Origin: Nemertoderma westbladi
Taxonomy: Eukaryota; Animalia; Xenacoelomorpha
Assembly (NCBI GenBank): GCA_032718475.1
Contig: JAUCBJ010004542.1
Span: forward strand, 1 to 40,175
Direction: 5' to 3'
Length of the DNA stretch: 40,175 bases
Position numbers and translations under genes: made by a program. The notes beneath the pieces were generated by a model. That model made no database searches. It was not told the DNA's origin and was given only the letters and a program-made list of their open reading frames with translations. Shown one piece after another: positions 34,467-40,175 of this stretch (its first letter is position 1; each line of letters starts with the position of its first letter).

Positions 34467-34924
34467 GACTTTCACATTTTTTATAATTTCTAAAAATACT
34501 AGCTATCAAAAAAAAACACTACCGGTAGCTATCATAATAAACATATCTACTAATGTTCTAGAACTTTCACCATTACCAAAAAAATTAAAAAAACTCTAAA
34601 AAAGGATTGGTGAAAAATGGCTGGGGTGTCGACAGGGCGAAGTAGGGACCGTGTTGCTTAACCCCTTAGAGCCTATGACCTCCAGTGCATGTTACCATGG
34701 ACAACACTAAGACGTGCAGTGGACGTCATGCTGAATACATGTTTTATTGGAAGGCTCTTTCTTGATCTAGGTATACTGGTGGACAGTTTTAAAGACATTT
34801 AGTGCTCTTCATGGGAAAAAATCCATTATGTACTGTAGATAGGCTGTAATTGTAGACTGTATTATCAATGTTAGGTATATGGCGTAATGCCAACCACAGT
34901 ACAGTAGTACAGACTGACAGTAAG

Positions 34925-35447
34925 ACTGACAGACAGACAGACTACATTTATGTAAACGTGTAAACTGACATCAGAAATGAAATCAGCAACCCTTAAAAAC
35001 CCCATAGCGGGAATGTTGGTTAGTTAGTATACTTTCTTAAGTTTTGACAGACTGACTAACAGAAAGACCGACAGCCAGACAGACTAGATTTATTAAACGT
35101 GAAAACTGACATCTGAATTGAAATCAGCACCCATTAAAACCCCCATAACGAGAATGTTAGTTAGTTTGTATTCTTTTTTAATTTTTGACAGACTGACTGA
35201 CTGATAGAAAGACCGACAGACCGACAAACAGACAGACTACATTTATGTAAACGTGTAAACTGACATCAGAAATGAAATCCGCACCCCTTAAAACCCCCAT
35301 AGCGAGAATGTTAGTTAATTTGAATTATTTTTTATGTTTTGACAGACTGACTAACAGAATGACCGACAGACAGACAGACTAGATTTATGTAAACGTGAAA
35401 ACTGACATCAGAAATGTGATCAGGACCCCCATAGCGAGAATGTTAGC
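34925..35447. repeat. ~145-bp tandem repeat (4 units) with GACA microsatellite, arranged as a dimer
   Basis: AAACGTG anchor at 34954, 35095, 35249 and 35391; shared CTGACATC.GAA.TG..ATC and CCCCATA.CG.GAATGTT. Confidence 0.85.
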
Positions 35448-36330
35448 GACAAGTTCTAATTATTAACCATATTTCGTAAGATATATTTTAAAACATTTAT
35501 TTATCAATAATGCAATAACTGAATAACCAGATAACGGAAAGACAAACCGAATTGAAAATTTTAATTACTAATAATAATTGTGGTGAGAGGTGATTGGAAA
35601 TCAAGGATATATGTTATGTTATGGTAGGCACAGGCAAATGAATTGATGTTTGTTGAGATGTATTTAAGGAGCACTATTCCTTCTACAAGAGTACTACAGT
35701 TATGTCCTTGTGTACTAGCCTAGACACTGGCTTGGTCAATGACTTTAGCTTGCCTTGTTAGTAATGTACAACTTCAAGAAATATTATTGGGCACGGCTGC
35801 CCTTGCCATGCCTTAGGCTCTATGGGGGAGAATGGAATCAGGGTATGAATTTACAATGTTAATTATGTTTAAATCAATTAAAAATACATTTATTTATTAA
35901 CGCAAATCACTTGAAAAAATAAAAAACTATGACGACGACGATGACGACAACGACGACGACAGACAACTCGTTAATGAGACCCATATGCTAAGGCTTCGCT
36001 CACTTCGTGGCTCGCCCCACACTCAGTTACCTAATAAATATTTACATTGGATTTCGACAGAGGCGCTAACAGCTGGCTACAGTAATTTCTATTACAAACA
36101 CACAGATAGTGAGAGAGTAATAATGTAACTAATTCTGATCTATGAATATTGCCATCCTAAAGCCAACAGCAGTGCACTTTATAACATAATGCCAAACAAA
36201 CAGCTAGTACCTGGCTTGTGTTTTTATCATTTCGAAGAGATGTGTTCGACCTTTGAGTTCAAGCAGCAGTGACCATCTATAGCTGTCTTTATAGTAATAA
36301 ATTAATTAATGGGCCTACTAGTGAGAGGTA

Positions 36331-37831
36331 TAAGGGGTAACGAGGTGCCCTGAATCGAGTGGCGGGGTGTGTTTTTAATAAAATCACGAGGAAACGTTCG
36401 AAATGGTTGGTTTAAAAGCGCGGGAAGTCAAAATGATTTTGAAAATCGGCTGTGATTAGCTTCTACATATTTGACGTAACTACACAGTGCTCAGACAATT
36501 TCTTATATTGTTTTCTATGGAGGGTGATTTTGGATCCATTCAAATATACATTTAATCTCAATCATTTCATCACATGTGAAAACAGAGTGTCTTGCGCGTA
36601 TTTTAGCACTACAATTAATTAAATTCATGATGATGAAAATAATATTGATAAAATGAATCAATTCACAATTATAAACTCGCAGTTTGCCTGACTGGTATGC
36701 AAATAGTACTGAACCACTCAGCCCTATCCACCTATTGCATTGCAGTATCTTAGTATTGCTGTATTGCAGCTTTAAGTTCATTAAGTTGAAATGTGTACCA
36801 GTCATCGGTTGCATAAGAGTTGTACAGCGGTAGGTTTACTCAACGTAATGAACTTCAATGAACGCAACAATAAAGCAATAGGCCTACTCCGATACTGCAA
36901 TGCAATAGGTGGCTAGGGCTGAGTTGATTAGTTCTTGCATACGGGGTCAGGCAATCTACCAAGTGTGCAAAATTGCAAACAGTATTATTTATAAGTGTTT
37001 GTAGTGTTAAAAGACGCGCTTGACTCTCCGATTTCAATTGATATAAGCCAGGTGAGAAATGATTGTAGAGCGAACCATATCAAATTATTGATGAACTTGT
37101 ATTGACCTAACATCACGAATTATTGGGTCAACATGAGAGCGGGATATTCAAACAGGGATATATAGGACTACTACCTAGGCCTACTGTACTGCTGTACGAT
37201 ATACAGCTTACTGCGCTGTCAGATCAGTTATCATATCTGCATAATATGCAATTATATCTGTTATCAATGCTATAACTAATTATTAATGAACGATCATTAA
37301 AAACACATTAATTGACAATCATTAAACTCCAAACTTTAAACATTAAATATTGTTGAATGACCTTTAGTCAGTCAGCCTTTGCTTAAACTTTTGTGGTGAC
37401 TGGTATATATTAAAGTTATATAGATATAACTTATGCAATCAATTTTGTAATAATATTAATTATACAATTTGTAAGTTAAACATTTGTCTAAAGCTAAAAT
37501 TATAATTCGAATTTATTTCACATTGTTCATATTGTTTTCTTAATTAATCTTAATCAATTGACTTTATTGTGCACAAAAATTATTGAACCTTACAATGATG
37601 TAGATTAAATGTGTATTTAAATCGATCGAAAATCAACCCATAGAAAACAATATAAGAAATTATCTGAGCACTGCTAAGTGACGTGATGTCAAATATGTAA
37701 CAGCCAATCACAGCCGATTTTCAAAATTGGCTTCCCAGGCTTTTACTTATACTTCAACCCGACCGATTCTTCATGTTTTTACAAAAATTACACACCCCGC
37801 CACTCGATTCAGGGTACCTTGTCACCCCTTA
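36331..37831. mobile_element. Non-autonomous DNA transposon with ~190-bp imperfect TIRs, Kolobok-like ends
   Basis: TAAGGGGTAACGAGGTGCCCTGAATCGAGTGGCGGGGTGTG mirrored by CACACCCCGCCACTCGATTCAGGGTACCTTGTCACCCCTTA; similarity continues to AATTTCTTATATTGTTTTCTATGG / CCATAGAAAACAATATAAGAAATT. Superfamily call is weak because the flanks are ATAA/TTAT, not TTAA. Confidence 0.75.
36717..36924. repeat. Internal ~33-bp inverted repeat (possible nested MITE)
   Basis: CTCAGCCCTATCCACCTATTGCATTGCAGTATC vs GATACTGCAATGCAATAGGTGGCTAGGGCTGAG (1 mismatch). Confidence 0.7.
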
Positions 37832-38403
37832 TTCGATTGTTTCTAGCCCAACAATTTCTTCGCGCCCCAACCCTATTGATACCCTTGATCATCCGGGCGT
37901 GACCGGACAATTGCCGATTTTATTAGTTGTAGTTAGTGGATCGGCCCATATTAATATCTGTTGTTCGTTATTGTATCGTATCTATTGTTACCATAGCAAC
38001 GGGCATATTTTTATAGGGTATATTTTTATAGGGCATATTTTTACGGGTATATTATTTATGTATTTCCAATATCGTTATGGTATTATAATCGCCTTAAAGG
38101 TTAATAATTTAAGGATTTTTAATATTTAAAATAATATGGGGTCTTCTGTAGTTATTCTATTTGACAAAATCATGTTTTATGGTCATAGCAACGGGAGTTT
38201 TCCTCCTACGGGAATAACTGTTGGGTTTCCCAAAATTTTTTAAATAGTGCAGTTCAGACAAATTTTAAAATCTGGGATGTATATCAAATCACTAAAATAT
38301 ATTTTAATTTACTTTATTTACTTAGCAACGAAAGTTTACCATAGCAACCGGGGGTTTTTCATAAGAACATTTTTGCATAGGTTTTAAATAAGAGAAGCAA
38401 GTT

Positions 38404-39704
38404 ATCTGTAGTGATGGCATGTTTTGTATAACAATGATAATTTTTGCATAGCAACGGCTACTTTAGCTTAGCAACGACGTTTTTTCATTGTAACAGCGGT
38501 CTTTTCACTACAAAAACATATTTTATAAAGAACATAAAAGGTGAGTTTTACAGTGGCAATAATCAACTATGTATTTGTTTTTTCCATAGCAACGGTAAGT
38601 TATCCTAAGCAACGGGGACGTTCGTATAGTGATGACGAGTTTACCTTAGCAACGGAATGTTTTTACATGGTAATAACTCGTTTTCAAGGAATCCCAAGTA
38701 GTAACACCACCTTGTGACGAGTTTTCTATAGCAACTAGATACTAAATCACGAGATAATCTTTTATAAATTTTGTGCGCTGGTATATAACGTGGCTTCTTT
38801 GAAGTCCCTGACTTCAGGCATAACTGGGCACATGTCATTTTACTGTAGTGGGCTATGAGTAACACAAGAACATCTGTATCTCTAGACGATTCCACTATAG
38901 AATCTGCATCAATGTTCAGGCAGTGCAATACTATACGAGTGTCTACCTCTTAATGATTTCCTTGCAGTGAAGATACTTCTAAATCTCTATCGGATTATCT
39001 GTGATAATTATATCACGAAGACCTCCTGCTACTACAAGTACCTTGCTTACAGGAGCTCGACATATTATGTTTTCAGTTAATAGCTCAGACAAGTCAAGCT
39101 TATTCTCACCCAAGGGTATAAAACTTGCCCAGTTACTGGATAATGGTACTGAGGAATCTTTATTGACCCGTCGTATTGGTCTATGATCTTTGCTCCACTT
39201 TTTCCTTGTACCATCATTGATGGAACACTGTTGGTAATGATCGGATGTCTCATCAATTCGGTCAAATAGTTTCCCTTTATCCAGAAAAGACTCCACAAAC
39301 ATATCGTCATAATCACCAAATGTAACCACACCACGTGATTTACCCAATGCCCACCATCGCTTGTCCATCACTTACTAATTCTTCCAAAAAGTTGTACGCT
39401 AGGCGGAGTAAGTACTGTAGATCCGTATTATTAGGATATCAGTTCAGAACGATTTGATTGCTGTATGTAAACTGCCATCTGTAGATATTCGAACAGGCTA
39501 GGGATATTCGAACAGGTATCATCAGTTCATGTCGTAATAAAAATTCCAAATCAACTGGGCGATTAGCTTTCTTATTTTATTATTTTATATTTTATTATTT
39601 TGTAATTCATGTTGTTCTAGAATAAATCGTTGTATACGTATATACACCATGACCTGGAATATAGTGTGTATTAATTCAGGACCTTGATACACTCTCAATT
39701 GCGT

Positions 39705-39747
<43 letters not shown>

Positions 39748-40126
39748 CAATATTCCGCATCTGTGATAAACGTACTGTTACTATGCACTAAACTCATTGT
39801 TGCTATAGAAAACTCGTCACAAGGTGGTGTTACTACTTGGGATTCCTTGAAAACTAGTTGTTACCATGTAAAAACATTCCGTTGCTAAGGTAAACTCGGC
39901 ATTACTATACTAACGTCGCCGTTGCTAAGGATAAACTTACCGTTGCTATGAAAAAACAAATACATAGTTGATTGCCACTGTAAAACTCACCTTTTATGTT
40001 CTGTACAAAATATGTTTTTGATGTGAAAAGGCCGCTGTACAATGGAAACAAGTCGTTGCTAAGCTAAAGTAGCCGTTGCTATGCATAAATTATCATTGTT
40101 ATACAAAATATGCCATCACTACAGAT
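38404..40126. repeat. ~330-bp inverted arms (38404-38735 and 39799-40126) rich in TAGCAAC motifs
   Basis: For example CAAGGAATCCCAAGTAGTAACACCACCTTGTGACGAGTTTTCTATAGCAAC and its exact reverse complement; the left arm belongs to a longer TAGCAAC-rich repeat starting at ~37990. Confidence 0.88.
38736..39371 (-). pseudogene. Fragment of an XPG/PIN-like nuclease domain, likely from an Academ (AcademX-type) transposon
   Basis: FDRIDETSDHY...SINDGTRKK, WASFIPLGENKLDL, VLVVAGG, GNH*EVDTRIVLHC, SSRDTDVLVLL, SGTSKKPRYIPAH resemble the HEEADTR/SPDTDV signature. Confidence 0.65.
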
Positions 40127-40175
40127 CACTACAGACAAACTAAAATTTCAAGATAATATAGTATTTGTAGTGTTC

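Larger units (their letters stand above)
28979..34661. mobile_element. ~400-bp foldback element split by the Copia insertion
   Basis: Ends TTAAGCAA / TTGCTTAA; left arm GTGAATGTTCTAGAACCATAGTAGAT (~29057) is the imperfect reverse complement of ATCTACTAATGTTCTAGAACTTTCAC (~34545-34570). Confidence 0.6.

Overview
AT-rich eukaryotic (probably invertebrate animal; taxon not determinable) non-genic window made almost entirely of transposable elements and their debris. No host gene, RNA gene or CRISPR array could be supported. In order: (1) a near full-length, slightly degraded CRE-clade non-LTR retrotransposon (~3.5-9.3 kb) whose single polyprotein reads Ulp1/C48 SUMO-protease, Pro-rich linker, PHD finger, RT, CCHC, restriction-like endonuclease; (2) a small TIR element and an orphan double zinc-ribbon ORF; (3) a 5'-truncated BEL/Pao derivative with Gag-protease, a CPEE-repeat/transmembrane tail, no RT or integrase, a repeat block, a hairpin cluster and a likely 3' LTR; (4) CR1/L2 and second BEL gag fragments; (5) two copies of a MULE-like MITE, one with nested inserts; (6) RTE LINE fragments, with a 46.7 x 37-bp minisatellite derived from RTE coding sequence; (7) a full-length Copia (GalEa-like) element with 150-bp LTRs differing at 1 nt, a 5-bp TSD and an iMet PBS, inserted in a foldback element; (8) a dimeric ~145-bp tandem repeat, a Kolobok-like TIR element, and an Academ-like XPG/PIN fragment between ~330-bp inverted arms. 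All family calls are by motif recognition, not database search, and coordinates were counted by eye.
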